Under the pieces are notes generated by a model, which worked only from the letters and a program-made list of their open reading frames with translations, searched no databases and was not told the origin of the DNA. Source: Gemmatimonadota bacterium (lineage in GTDB: Bacteria > Gemmatimonadota > Gemmatimonadetes > Gemmatimonadales > GWC2-71-9). Taken from it: a DNA stretch of 64,000 nt. Where the stretch lies: NCBI GenBank assembly GCA_041499375.1, contig JBGQKD010000002.1, positions 9,880 through 73,879 of the forward strand, in the 5' to 3' direction. This document shows positions 19,114 to 29,900 of the stretch, piece after piece. Made by a program: the position numbers and the translations under genes. The stretch's first letter is position 1. The number at the start of each line of letters is the position of its first letter.

Positions 19114-19758
19114 TTGGGGGTTCGGGACTCGGCGTTCTTCGTGGTGATCGAAGGCCCGGAGGGGGCGGGGAAGTCCACGCTCGTAAAGTGGCTCGTCGCA
19201 CGCCTCCAGGCGGAGCACCGGCGCGTGGTGCCGGTCCGAGAACCGGGTGGCACACCGATCGCCGAGGCGGCACGGAAACTGGCGCTGAAATCGCGGCACG
19301 ACCGTGCGTTTGGCGCCGAGCTGTTCCTGTTCCTGGCGGCGCGCGCCGATCTGGTGGAGCGGGTGATCCGGCCGGCCCTGGCGAGCGGTCAGGTGGTCAT
19401 CGCGGACCGGTTCGGGCTGTCGACCATCGCCTACCAGGTCGCGGGCCGGGGGTTGCCGCGGGCTGACGTGGAGGCGGCTCTCCGGGTCGCTACAGGAGGC
19501 CTGGCGCCCGACCTCACGCTGATCCTCGACGTCCCCGTGACCGTGGGGCGCGAGCGGCAGCGCAACGCCGGGAAGGTGCGGGACCGTATCGAACGGGAAG
19601 ATGACACGTTTCACACACGGGTCCGTGAGGCCTATCGCAGCGCATCCGGGCCCGGGATTGTTCATATTGATGCCAGTCAGGCAAAGAAGGCCGTCCAGGA
19701 CGCCGCCTGGCGGGAAGTCGCCGCGGCAACGGGAGCGCTTTCACTGAGGAGTTCATGA
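19114..19758 (+). CDS. tmk: dTMP (thymidylate) kinase
   Basis: P-loop IEGPEGAGKST and the DRF motif (VIADRFGLST). An in-frame TTG at 19114 lies 5 nt after the ylbF-like stop. The track start at 19048 overlaps the upstream gene. Confidence 0.9.
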   Translation: MGVRDSAFFVVIEGPEGAGKSTLVKWLVARLQAEHRRVVPVREPGGTPIAEAARKLALKSRHDRAFGAELFLFLAARADLVERVIRPALASGQVVIADRFGLSTIAYQVAGRGLPRADVEAALRVATGGLAPDLTLILDVPVTVGRERQRNAGKVRDRIEREDDTFHTRVREAYRSASGPGIVHIDASQAKKAVQDAAWREVAAATGALSLRSS

Positions 19759-21386
19759 TGATTCGCCATAAGGGATTCGTGGTTGCCGCCGTCGTCTCCG
19801 CCGCAGTGGTGTCGGGCGGCTGGTTCCTGCAGCGCGAAACAGAGCCGGCGGGATCGGTCTATCAGCAGGCGCGGTTGTTCGATGACGTGCTGGCGCACGT
19901 CGCCGACTACTACGTCGACTCGCTCGATGAGCGCCAGCTGTACCAGATGGCGATCGACGGCATGCTCGACCAGCTGCACGATCCCTACTCGGTTTTCTTG
20001 AAGCCCGAGGACTTCCGGCAGCTCTCCGAAGCCACGACCGGCAACTACTCGGGGCTGGGCATTCAGATTGACGTGCGCGACGGGTGGATCACCGTCGTCG
20101 CGCCGTTGCCCGACACGCCTGCCGAGCGCGCCGGCGTACTGACAGGCGATCGCATCGTCGAGCTCGACGGGCGCTCCACGGAAGGGTGGAAGCAGGATCA
20201 GGCGGTGAAGGAGCTGCGCGGGCCGGCGGGAACGCCGGCGGAGCTGACGATCCGCCGCACCGGCGTCGACAAGCCGATCATCTACAAGCTCACGCGCGCG
20301 ACGATTCACATCCGCTCGGTCGATCCGCGGATCACGATGATGCTCGACGATCGCGTCGGGTACATCGCGCTCAGCCCGGTCAGCGAAAGCTCGACCCGCG
20401 ACGTCAGCGTGGCGATCGATACCCTGCTGAAGCAGGGAATGAAATCGCTCATCTTCGATCTCCGCGGCAACCCCGGTGGGCTGCTGGATCAGGGCGTCGC
20501 GGTGTCGGATCTCTTCCTCGATCCCGGCAAGGCGATCGTGGAGACGCGCGGGCGCGCGCCCGGTTCATCGCACGAGTTCAGCGACACCAAGCCGCAACAG
20601 TGGCCGCGCCTTCCGATCGTCGTCATCGTGAACGGCGGCTCGGCAAGTGCGGCGGAGATCATCGCCGGCGCGCTGCAGGATCACGACCGCGCCGTGCTGA
20701 TCGGGACGCCGACGTTCGGGAAAGGGCTGGTGCAGTCGTTCTGGCGCCTCACGCCCGAAACTGGCCTCAAGCTGACGACTGCGCGCTGGTTCACACCCAG
20801 CGGCCGGACGATTCAGCGTGTCACGCGCAACGAAGCGGAGCAGGAGGCGCAGGTCATCGCGGCGCAGCGCGGGCAGGACACGAAGATCGATTCGACGGCG
20901 GTGTTCCACACCGATGCCGGCCGGACGATCTACGGGGGCGGCGGGATCCGTCCTGACATCTACGTCGTCGCCGACACCTTCACGACGGCCGAACGGGCCT
21001 TCGTCAGGGCGCTGGGAGAAAAGGCGCCATTGTTCCGCGACGCGCTGACGGCGTACGCGATCGAGCTGAAGGAAGGCAACCGGCTGCCCTCGCCGAATTT
21101 CACGGTGACGCAAGGGATGGTGGACGAGATCGTGCGCCGCATGCGTGCCAAGGGCGCTGACCTGCCGGATTCCGTGATCGCGGGTGGGCGGACGTTGATC
21201 ACGCAGGAGTTGGGGTACGAGGCGGCGCGCTACGTCTTCGGGCGCTCCGTGGAGTTCCGCCGCCGGATAGCGGACGACGAGCAGATCAAGCGGGCCCTCG
21301 CGTTGGCCGATCGCGCGAAGTCGCCGCAGGATCTGCTGACGCTCGCGACCACGCAGGTGCCGCCGTCGACGGTCCGCAATAGGTGA
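19755..21386 (+). CDS. S41 family C-terminal processing peptidase with PDZ domain
   Basis: PDZ domain (AGVLTGDRIVELDG) and S41 core (DLRGNPGGLL, GGSASAAEIIAGA, GTPTFGKG). Confidence 0.9.
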   Translation: MMIRHKGFVVAAVVSAAVVSGGWFLQRETEPAGSVYQQARLFDDVLAHVADYYVDSLDERQLYQMAIDGMLDQLHDPYSVFLKPEDFRQLSEATTGNYSGLGIQIDVRDGWITVVAPLPDTPAERAGVLTGDRIVELDGRSTEGWKQDQAVKELRGPAGTPAELTIRRTGVDKPIIYKLTRATIHIRSVDPRITMMLDDRVGYIALSPVSESSTRDVSVAIDTLLKQGMKSLIFDLRGNPGGLLDQGVAVSDLFLDPGKAIVETRGRAPGSSHEFSDTKPQQWPRLPIVVIVNGGSASAAEIIAGALQDHDRAVLIGTPTFGKGLVQSFWRLTPETGLKLTTARWFTPSGRTIQRVTRNEAEQEAQVIAAQRGQDTKIDSTAVFHTDAGRTIYGGGGIRPDIYVVADTFTTAERAFVRALGEKAPLFRDALTAYAIELKEGNRLPSPNFTVTQGMVDEIVRRMRAKGADLPDSVIAGGRTLITQELGYEAARYVFGRSVEFRRRIADDEQIKRALALADRAKSPQDLLTLATTQVPPSTVRNR

Positions 21387-22276
21387 CGCAACAGTCTTCC
21401 CGCGCGATCGGGCTCATCGGGCCCGGTCGCGCGGGAGTCGGACTAGCTCTAGCGCTGGCCCAGGCGGGATACTCCGTCCACCTTCACGGGCGAAACAAGA
21501 AAAGCGTACCAGCACCCCTAACGTTGACGACAGGCGGCAAAGCGCCCGCCTGGATCGGCGACGTCGAGGTCGTGATTCTCGCCGTCCGCGACGACGCGAT
21601 CACTCCGCTCGCAACATCCCTGGCCACGGCTCGCGCCATCACCGACCGCCACGTCGTCCTGCATCTCTCGGGTGTCCAGGGACAGGAAGCACTCGGCCCC
21701 CTCGTCACTACCCGCGCGGCACTCGGCTCATTCCATCCCCTGCAAACCATCGTCGAACCGGAGTTGGCACCGGCCCGTCTCAAGGGCGCCTGGGCCGCCG
21801 TTGAGGGAATGCCGCGCGCGGTAGAGGCCGGCGAACGGATCGCGCAGGACCTCGGGATGCGCCCGTTCCGGATCGCCACCAAATCCAAGGCGATCTATCA
21901 CGCGGGCGCGGTTTTCGCGTCGAACTATCTGGTCGTCGTCGAGGCGATCGCGCAGCGCCTGCTGCGGCACGCGGGGCTATCGGATGCCGATGCCTGGGCG
22001 GCGCTGCGGCCACTGGTCGAAGGGACGTTCGAGAATCTGAGCCGGCACGAGCCGCGTGAGGCCCTCACCGGTCCCGTCGTTCGCGGCGATACCGCGACGA
22101 TCGTGCGTCATCTGGAGTCGCTGGCGGTCGATGATGCCAAGCTGTACCGCGCCCTCGGGCGCGCGGCGCTCGAGCTGGCGCAGAAGCAGGGGATGGACCG
22201 GGCAACGGCGGAAAAAGTCGCGGCGGCGCTCGCTACTGATCTACCACCCGTACTCCGGCCGTCGGGGAGAATCTAA
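21383..22276 (+). CDS. Rossmann-fold/DUF2520 domain protein (ProC-like predicted oxidoreductase)
   Basis: N-terminal GLIGPGRAGVGLALAL and a C-terminal DUF2520-like pattern (YHAGAVFASNYLV...LTGPVVRGD). GTGA overlap with the upstream stop. Confidence 0.7.
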   Translation: MTQQSSRAIGLIGPGRAGVGLALALAQAGYSVHLHGRNKKSVPAPLTLTTGGKAPAWIGDVEVVILAVRDDAITPLATSLATARAITDRHVVLHLSGVQGQEALGPLVTTRAALGSFHPLQTIVEPELAPARLKGAWAAVEGMPRAVEAGERIAQDLGMRPFRIATKSKAIYHAGAVFASNYLVVVEAIAQRLLRHAGLSDADAWAALRPLVEGTFENLSRHEPREALTGPVVRGDTATIVRHLESLAVDDAKLYRALGRAALELAQKQGMDRATAEKVAAALATDLPPVLRPSGRI

Positions 22277-22856
22277 ACTCCCGCGTTGGGATCGTCCCGT
22301 TCACCGCGAGATGCTGGAGCGTAATCGTCCGGTGCTGGCCCGTATTCTCGACGATCTCGATCCGCCGCACCAAGCCATCCTGCTTTGCAATCCACACCGT
22401 CGCCGCTTCGTACGGCAGATCCTTCACGCGCGGCGTCAGCGCGATGACGTCGACTCGGGCGTCGCCGATGGAATCCGCCCGCACGTAGCGGGCATTGTAC
22501 CGTTCGCGCGGGTGCTCGACGAACTGCCCGATGAGATTGGGGCCCGTGGTTCCCGTGCCCGGGATGGTCGTGCGAATCACCTGTCCGGGTGTCGTGCTCG
22601 GCGTGTAGAGCCAGAGGCGCCGGCCGTCGGCGACGATGCGATCGTTCTTGGGGTCGCTGAAGCGCATCGAAAAAAAATTCGGCCGACGCTGGTAGAGCCG
22701 GCCGCGCGTCGTGTCCGGATCGCCCACCATCGGATTGTCGATGATTTGCGTGAAGTCCGCCGACAGCGTGCGAACCGTGTCGAAGGACGCTTTGGCGCGA
22801 TCGAGAATCGGTGCGGGATCCTGGACCGTCAGCAGCAAGAGCAACAGAGGTGTCAT
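22233..22856 (-). CDS. lolA: Outer-membrane lipoprotein carrier protein LolA-like
   Basis: Signal peptide followed by LolA-type motifs ([10 protein letters not shown]..., RLWLYTP). Its 3' end overlaps the convergent gene by 44 nt. Confidence 0.75.
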   Translation of the reverse strand: MTPLLLLLLTVQDPAPILDRAKASFDTVRTLSADFTQIIDNPMVGDPDTTRGRLYQRRPNFFSMRFSDPKNDRIVADGRRLWLYTPSTTPGQVIRTTIPGTGTTGPNLIGQFVEHPRERYNARYVRADSIGDARVDVIALTPRVKDLPYEAATVWIAKQDGLVRRIEIVENTGQHRTITLQHLAVNGTIPTREFRFSPTAGVRVVDQ

Positions 22857-23893
22857 GCGCCGACGGCGGCGGGTTCAGCGACGCGACGCCCAATCGCCTC
22901 CGCAATGATGCGCACCTCACGCATCAACTGCGCGAACTGATCCGGGAAGAGCGACTGCGCGCCGTCCGACAGCGCGTCTTCGGGATTCGGGTGGACTTCC
23001 ACCATGATCCCGTCGGCGCCCGCGGCGATCGCCGCCCGTGCCATCGGGATGACCTTGTCGCGCAGACCGGTGCCGTGCGATGGGTCCGCGATGATCGGCA
23101 GGTGCGACAGCTTGTGCACGACCGGAATGGCCGTCAGATCGAACAGATTGCGCGTCGCGGGATCGAAGCCACGCACGCCGCGCTCACACAGGATCACGTC
23201 GTGGTTGCCTTCGGCCAGCAGATACTCCGCCGAGAGCAGCAGCTCCTGCACGGTCGCGCTGATGCCGCGCTTGAGCAGTACCGGCTTGCCGCAGCGTCCC
23301 GCGACCTTGAGCAACGAGAAGTTCTGCATGTTGCGCGCGCCGATCTGCACGATGTCGGCCATCTCGGCGACCCAACCGAGACCGGTCTCATCCATCGCTT
23401 CGGTGCAGATCAGCAGTCCCGTCTCTTCGCGCGCCTTGGCGAGCAGCCGGAGGCCCGGCTTCCCGAGTCCCTGGAATGAGTACGGCGAGCTGCGCGGCTT
23501 CCAGGCGCCGCCGCGGAGCACGACCGCGCCCGCTTCCTTGACTTGCCGCGCCGCCTCGATGATCTGCCGCTCGGTTTCGACGGAGCAGGGGCCGGCGATC
23601 GCGACCACCTCCGTGCCGCCGAACGCGACTCCACCCGGCAATCTGACGATGGTAGGATCGGCCTTCCACTCGCGGCTCACCTGCTTGTAGGGCTGGGAGA
23701 CGTGAATGACCTCGTGCACGCCGGGCAGGCCTTCCAGCCGCGACGCGTCGACGCGCCCGTCATTGCCGACGAGGCCCACGGCGGTGCGCTGATTGCCGGG
23801 CATGGGCTGCGCCTGATAGCCCATCTCCTCGATGACGGAGATGACTTTCTGGACTTCGTCGGGGGTGGCTCCATGACGCATCACGATCAGCAC
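22853..23893 (-). CDS. 3-deoxy-7-phosphoheptulonate (DAHP) synthase, type I-beta with N-terminal ferredoxin-like regulatory domain
   Basis: Core motifs [20 protein letters not shown] and DPSHG. GTG 23893 lies 3 nt after the upstream stop. ATG 23881 is an alternative start. The track start at 24142 lies inside the upstream gene. Confidence 0.9.
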   Translation of the reverse strand: MLIVMRHGATPDEVQKVISVIEEMGYQAQPMPGNQRTAVGLVGNDGRVDASRLEGLPGVHEVIHVSQPYKQVSREWKADPTIVRLPGGVAFGGTEVVAIAGPCSVETERQIIEAARQVKEAGAVVLRGGAWKPRSSPYSFQGLGKPGLRLLAKAREETGLLICTEAMDETGLGWVAEMADIVQIGARNMQNFSLLKVAGRCGKPVLLKRGISATVQELLLSAEYLLAEGNHDVILCERGVRGFDPATRNLFDLTAIPVVHKLSHLPIIADPSHGTGLRDKVIPMARAAIAAGADGIMVEVHPNPEDALSDGAQSLFPDQFAQLMREVRIIAEAIGRRVAEPAAVGA

Positions 23894-23895
23894 GA

Positions 23896-24681
23896 CTAGC
23901 GTCTCCCCCCCCCGTCGCCAATGGTGAAGCGATCCCCGTCGTTCGCCGCGGATACGGGTCCGCGAAAGCGGGTACCGGCAAGCTTTGCCGGGTCCGAAGT
24001 CTCTACCGGAGGATAGAAGTGCGTCAAGACTAAGCGCTTGGTCGCCGCTTCTTTTGCCAGCTCGCCGGCTTGTTGCGGCGTCAGATGGATGTCCATCGCC
24101 ATCGATTCGGGCAGCGAGCACTCCGCCAGCAGCAGGTCGCACCCGCTCGCCCAGCGTGCCAGCTCGCTGCTCGGTCCGGTATCGCCGGTGTAGACGAGAC
24201 GGCCCTCCGGTGCGACGAGCGAGACGGCCACGCTCTCAGGGGTGTGCGGCACCGGGAAAGTCTCGAGACTCACATCGGCGTTCAGCGGAAACGGCTCACC
24301 GTCGCGCACGTCGAGAATGCCGATCGGGAACCCCGGATCGAGCAGCCAATCGCCGTAGCCTTCGGCCAGCGTGCGGAGCAGCTGCACGACCCCCGGCGGG
24401 CCGAGGATGACGAACGGTTCGCGGCGCGGCGGGTCGGTCGTGTACTTGAGCGCGTACACGAGCATCGGCAGCTCACCCCAATGGTCAGGGTGGAAATGGG
24501 TCAGGATGACGTGCGACACCTGATGCCAGGGCAGCCCGAACTCGGCGAGCCGGTGCAATGCCCCAGCCCCGCAGTCGAGCAGGATCCGGAGGTCGCCGCG
24601 CTGGACCCAGTGACAGGCGGCGGTGCGGCGGGCCGATGGTGCGACAGTCCCGGTGCCGACGGTAACGAGTTCCATACTCAC
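23896..24681 (-). CDS. MBL-fold metallo-hydrolase (RNase Z/ElaC-like)
   Basis: HxHxDH motif ([10 protein letters not shown]). The C-terminus is encoded across a 9-nt homopolymer (23905-23913). Confidence 0.8.
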   Translation of the reverse strand: MSMELVTVGTGTVAPSARRTAACHWVQRGDLRILLDCGAGALHRLAEFGLPWHQVSHVILTHFHPDHWGELPMLVYALKYTTDPPRREPFVILGPPGVVQLLRTLAEGYGDWLLDPGFPIGILDVRDGEPFPLNADVSLETFPVPHTPESVAVSLVAPEGRLVYTGDTGPSSELARWASGCDLLLAECSLPESMAMDIHLTPQQAGELAKEAATKRLVLTHFYPPVETSDPAKLAGTRFRGPVSAANDGDRFTIGDGGGRR

Positions 24682-26951
24682 TTTCCCCGGAAGACGATCC
24701 GCTTGAACACGAGCAATCCCGGCGCCTTGAGCTTGGCGAGATACACGCCCGCGGGCAACGGGTGCCCATCATCGGCACGGCCGTCCCACATCAGCCGTGG
24801 GTCACAGATCCCCCCCCCGCCGCCTCCGGAGCCGCGGCCATAACGGCCAGGGCCCAAAACGCCCGGGAAATCCGGGCCGGGAACGAAGCGGCGCACGCGG
24901 TTGCCGCGCAGGTCGAGGATGTCGAGCTGCACGTTGCCGGCGATCGCAAGGTCGAACCACAGGCACGTCGAGTCGCGGCCCGCCGTTGGGAAGGGGTTCG
25001 GGAAATTCTGATACAGCAGGGTGGCCGTCGGCATACCCAGATCTACGACGAGAAACGATCCCTGGCTTCGGATGATGCTGGTATCGGATCCGGCATGCAC
25101 GACGAGCAGCCAGCGATACGCAGTATTGCGCTGGAGAGGCTGCGGCAGCTCGAAGGTCGTATCCGTCAGATTCGCGACGCTGTCTTCGATGACGCCCGTT
25201 GCCACACGCTGCACGTCCAGATCGAACGTCAGCGGCCCCGGAGGCGCTGACACGAGCGCGGGCTTCCACGTGAACGTCGGTTGCGCCGTGTCGATCACCA
25301 TGCCGGCCGGATTGCTCAACGCGGTCAGTGTTGCCCATGCCGGTACGATGATCGGGCCGATCACGCCGCTCGTCGCCATCTCGCCGCTGGCCGCCGTGGC
25401 GTCGACCCGCCAGAACAGACTCCCCGTCCTGAGCGCCTGGGCAGGAGCGAACGTCTGTGCCGTGGTGAGCCTGTCGACGATCGGGGCGGAGAGCGCGCTG
25501 TCGCGGCTGATGCGCAGGCGGTAGGTCACCGGCGCCGCGGATGCCGGTACGGTTCCCACGGTCCACGAGAACGTCGGCGTGATCGTCGTCAACGGCCCGG
25601 CTGCGGGCAACGGCGCGGTCGCCGTCACGCCGCTCGGGAAAACGGCCGCCGCGGCGACGTCAGGACGACCCCAGCCGTAGCTCGAATCGGGTGCTGCCCG
25701 CTTCGTAGCGGTGCTCCGAAACGCGGCGCGTAGATCCATCGGGAGCAGCGACGGGTGCATCTGCTTGACGAGCGCCGCGCTCGCCGCGAGCAACGGCGTG
25801 GCGAAGGACGTGCCGTCCCCGCGCCCGACGTGACCGACGCCCGTGACCACACAGACGGCGACTCCGGGTGCCGTGAAATCGGGCTTGATCCGCCCGTCCG
25901 CGGCGGGCCCGCGCGATGAGAAAAACGCGATCGTTCCCAGCGAATCCTCCGCGCCGATCGCGAGCACGGAATCGCCATCAGCAGGCGTGGAGAGCGATCG
26001 AAAGGAGGGTCCGTCGTTGCCCGCCGCGGTGACAACCAGGATGCCACGCTGCGCGGCCATGTCGGCGGCGACGGTGGTGACGCCAACGTCGCCGTTCAAC
26101 TGTGACGGCGTGTAGCTGAAGCCGTTATCGAAGCTCAGGTACCCGAGGCTCGACGAGACGATGTCGACGCCGATCGAATCGGCCCACTCGAGCGCGGCGA
26201 CGTAGTTGTCTTCCTCGACGCGCGTCTCGCTGCGGATGTCCTCGGTCTTCGCGAGCAGGAACTGCGCGCCGCGCGCGATGCCGTGCAGCCGCCCCGCCAC
26301 CTCACCCGCGAACAGAGACCAGGTGGAGGTGCCATGGGACTGGGCGCCCAGGACATCCTTGCCCGGCTCGTCTCTGACGACGCTGTCATTGAAGACGAAA
26401 TCGCGCTGGGCGGTGATCGTGATACCGTTGAACGCGGGATTCGCCGTATCGAAGCCGGTGTCGAAGATCCCGACGCGGACGCCCGTCCCGTTGATCCCCT
26501 GATCAGTGAGCGGCCGGAGATGCAGTTGCCGGTAGGGCATCGCGGAGGGACCCAGTACCGGATCGTCGCCAGGCGTGACGCCGCAGGTGTCGCCCGGTCC
26601 TGCTCCTGGTGCAGCGATGATACGGGGCGCCGGGAGCGGGCGGCGGAGCTTGAACCGCCCCAGTGGCTGGATGCGCCTGAGGTCCGGGTCCTGGAGAAGT
26701 TGTCGTAGCGCAGCCGCGGGCACATCCGCGCTGACCGCATGCAGCCACCTGCTGCGGACGCGGACGCGTGCCCCGGCGGCTGCGGCGCGCTCGCTGATCG
26801 CGTCGAGCGAGGCCGTCGGCCGTGCGAACAGCCAGACCGAGATCGTGGTGTCTTGCACACGACCGAGCAGGCGCGGCAAGACCGGAGAAACGGTGGGTCG
26901 CTGCGCCGCCAACCCAGCCGGCAGGAAAAGGAGCCAGATGAACCGCCGCAC
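24678..26951 (-). CDS. S8 family (subtilisin-like) serine peptidase with T9SS/FlgD-Ig-type C-terminal domain
   Basis: Signal peptide and an I9-like propeptide. Catalytic triad contexts GIFDTGFD, HGTSTWS and GTSFATPL. The C-terminal domain reads LYQNFPNPF...GVYLAKLKA...KRIVFRGK. Confidence 0.9.
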   Translation of the reverse strand: MRRFIWLLFLPAGLAAQRPTVSPVLPRLLGRVQDTTISVWLFARPTASLDAISERAAAAGARVRVRSRWLHAVSADVPAAALRQLLQDPDLRRIQPLGRFKLRRPLPAPRIIAAPGAGPGDTCGVTPGDDPVLGPSAMPYRQLHLRPLTDQGINGTGVRVGIFDTGFDTANPAFNGITITAQRDFVFNDSVVRDEPGKDVLGAQSHGTSTWSLFAGEVAGRLHGIARGAQFLLAKTEDIRSETRVEEDNYVAALEWADSIGVDIVSSSLGYLSFDNGFSYTPSQLNGDVGVTTVAADMAAQRGILVVTAAGNDGPSFRSLSTPADGDSVLAIGAEDSLGTIAFFSSRGPAADGRIKPDFTAPGVAVCVVTGVGHVGRGDGTSFATPLLAASAALVKQMHPSLLPMDLRAAFRSTATKRAAPDSSYGWGRPDVAAAAVFPSGVTATAPLPAAGPLTTITPTFSWTVGTVPASAAPVTYRLRISRDSALSAPIVDRLTTAQTFAPAQALRTGSLFWRVDATAASGEMATSGVIGPIIVPAWATLTALSNPAGMVIDTAQPTFTWKPALVSAPPGPLTFDLDVQRVATGVIEDSVANLTDTTFELPQPLQRNTAYRWLLVVHAGSDTSIIRSQGSFLVVDLGMPTATLLYQNFPNPFPTAGRDSTCLWFDLAIAGNVQLDILDLRGNRVRRFVPGPDFPGVLGPGRYGRGSGGGGGGICDPRLMWDGRADDGHPLPAGVYLAKLKAPGLLVFKRIVFRGK

Positions 26952-26969
26952 AGAAACCGCGGATACTTC

Positions 26970-29900
26970 CTAGACCGGTTCCATCTGGCCGAGGCGCACG
27001 CCCACGATGGTCGAGACGCCCGGCTCCTGCATCGTGACGCCATAGACCGCGTCGGCGGCCTGCATCGTCCGCGGGTTGTGCGTGATCACGATGAATTGCG
27101 TCTGATCCTTGAACTCCGCCAGCAGGCGGACGTAACGGCCGACGTTGGCGTCGTCGAGGGGCGCATCGACCTCGTCCAGGAGGCAGAACGGGCTCGGCTT
27201 GGCGAGGAAGATCGCAAACAACAGCGACACCGCGACCAGCGTGCGCTCGCCCGAGGAGAGCAGGTGGATCCGCTGCGTGCGCTTGCCCCGGGGCGCGGCG
27301 TGGATCTCGATCTCACTCTCGAGCGGCTCGTCCTCATTCGCCAGCCGGACGTCGCATTCGCCGCCGCCGAACAGCGTCTGGAACACGGATCGAAAGTGTT
27401 CTCGCACCTTGGAGAATGATTCGAGGAATAGCGTCTTGGCGGTCTGATCGATCTCCCGCGCCGCTTGCTGCAGCGAGTTGCGGGCGGACACCAGATCGTC
27501 ACGCTGCGTCATCAGGAACTCGAGGCGTTTGTTCTCCTCGGCGTGCTCCTCCACCGCCAGCGCGTTCACCGGCCCGACGGCGTCAATCGCGCCACGCAGC
27601 CGGTCGTTTTCCTGCCGCAGCCACTCGAGGTCGCCGGCGACCTCCGGGGCCTCAGCGAGCAGCTTGTCGAGCGGCTTGCGCCACTCGGTTTCCACGCGTT
27701 CGACGAGCCCGCGCTTCTTGCCTTCGATCTCGGTCCGCTCGAGCTGCAGCCGGTGCTCCTCTTCGCCCAGGGCGGCAAGCGCCTTGCGTGCCTGATCGAG
27801 CGCGCCCTCCGCCTGGCCGACGTCGGCGTCGGTCATACCCAGCTGCGCTTCGGCGTCCTTTGCGGCGGCGTCGAGCCCCGTCAACGCCAGACGGCGCTCC
27901 TGCAGCGTGTCCTCCCACTGCGCGCGCTGGGTCATGAGGGTCGCGGTCTCCCGTTCGATGCCCGCGATCTCCTCGGCCCGCGCCGCAGCCTGCGCCCGCT
28001 CCGCTTTGGCGTCGGCGTCGGCGCGGCCGGCGCGCTCCGACGCCGCGGCGAGCCGCGCCTCCACCTGGGCGGCCTCGACCTGCCAGCGCACGCGCTGCTC
28101 GCGCGCAGCTTCCTGCTGCGCCTCGAGGTCGGCCAGGCCGGCGCGCTCGGCGCCGAGCTGTTCGGCGAAGCGCACGCGCTCTGCCTCCCGTTCCTGCAGC
28201 TCGACGTGCAGCGCGCCGAGCCGCGTTTCGACCTCTGCCAGCCGCTTGGTCAGACGCTCGACCTGCCCGGCAGCCTCTTCCGCCCGGCGACGAGCGTGGA
28301 TGAGATCGCGATCCGCTTCTCCCTTTTCGGCGCCGGCGTCGAGCTCGACGCGACGCGCCTGCTCGGCACCCTGTGCCGCCGCGGTCAACGCTGCATCCGC
28401 CGCCGCGAGCTCCTTCACCGTGGACTCTTCAGCCGCCCGCGCGCGATCGCGATTTGATTCGGCCTCCCGCACGTCCTTCTCCAGCGCTTCGAGCTCGGCA
28501 CGCCGCTGCAGGGGACCACCGGCCGCCGGTGCTCCGCTGTCGAGGAAAACCGCCCCGTTGGCGCGACGCAGCGCGCCCGCGCCGATCACCTCGTGGCCGG
28601 CGAGCAGCGCCCGGACCCACGCGGCGGCGGGACCATCGACGCGCAGCTCGTCCTTGAGGGGATGGCCGTCGGCACCCAGTCGAGGCCCCGGTACGCAGGG
28701 CAGGAGCACCAGCGGGCCCGGTTGTGTCTCCCGATGCCAGGTGCTGATCGCCTCGATGACGGACGCATCGCGAACGAGCACGGCATGGAGCCATTCACCG
28801 AGCAAACGCTCAGCCAGCTCGGCGTCGCGCCGGCTGGTCCGCACGAAATCCGCGAGCGGGCCAAGCACCATGCCCTCGCCGAAGTGGGTGCGGACTTTCA
28901 GCAAGGCTTGCGCTGCCGGGGCCAGACCGACGTGCTCGCGATCGAGCTCTGTGAGCGCGTCTCGCCGTGCCTCGAGCTGTGCCAGCGCGGCCTCGGCTTG
29001 CCGGCGCGCCGAGCGCGCACCCATCTCCTGTTCGTGGAGCGTGCCGACCTGCCGACGCGCATGCTGGAGCGCCTCCACCGCCCTGACCGCGGCTTGCGCG
29101 TCGTGATGGACGCGTTGCGCGGCGGCTTCGGCATCGCGCGTGGCGTTGTGCGATGCGGCATCGCGCTCCTGACGTTCGCCGGCCGCCAGCGCCAGCTGCT
29201 CGCGCAGCTCGCTGCGCTCGCGGTCGAGCGCGCCCCCCTCGATTTCAAGCGCTCGGGCGGTCTCGGCACGGCGCTGCAGCGCTTCCTCGAGCTCACGCAC
29301 CGCGGCCCGCTCGGCCGTGAGCCGCCCTCGAACGTTGTCCTCTTCGCCGGTCCGTGCTCCCAGCGCGCAGTGCACGGCGGTGAGATCGCGCTCGGCCGCA
29401 GCGCGCTCCGTGGCGGCCGCTTCATGTTCGCGCTCGGCCTGGGCCGCTCGCCGCTCAGCCTGGAGGCGCTCATCGGCGGCCGTGTGGCGCCGTTGGCCGG
29501 CGTTGCTGAGGCGTTCCGCGGCGAGGGCGAGATCGCTCTCGAGCCGACCAACCTCGAGCTTGGCGTCGCCCAGCCGGCGCTCGACTTCGGTGCGCCGCGC
29601 TTCCACCGTGTGCCGGGCCTGGACCCGCGCTTCCCTTTGATGCTCGGCATCGTCGAGCCGCGCGCGTGCGGCGGGGAGCTGCTCGGCCAGCTCGCGCGCG
29701 CGAACACCGAGCGCCCCCAGTGACAGATCGAAGTCCTCGATCTCCCGACGCACCAGCGTCATCGCGACGCCAAAACGCTCTTCGATCATCTTGCCGTAGC
29801 GCTCGGCACGGCCGCGCTGGCGCGCGAGACTGCGGACCTGAGTCTGTACCTCGGCGATCAGGTCCTCGAGCCGGGCCAGGTCGGCCCCCGTTTCCTCGAG

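Noticed and set aside
22233-22276. 44-nt overlap of the 3' ends of convergent genes (DUF2520 protein and LolA-like)
   Set aside because: Both stops are fixed by the sequence and both proteins look complete. This is consistent with the generally compact genome, and I see no extra signal here.
27465-29723. Several 330-400-aa plus-strand ORFs antisense to smc
   Set aside because: The Ala/Arg/Ser-rich translations mirror the Ala/Glu/Arg-rich coiled coil of SMC. They have no start context or motifs.
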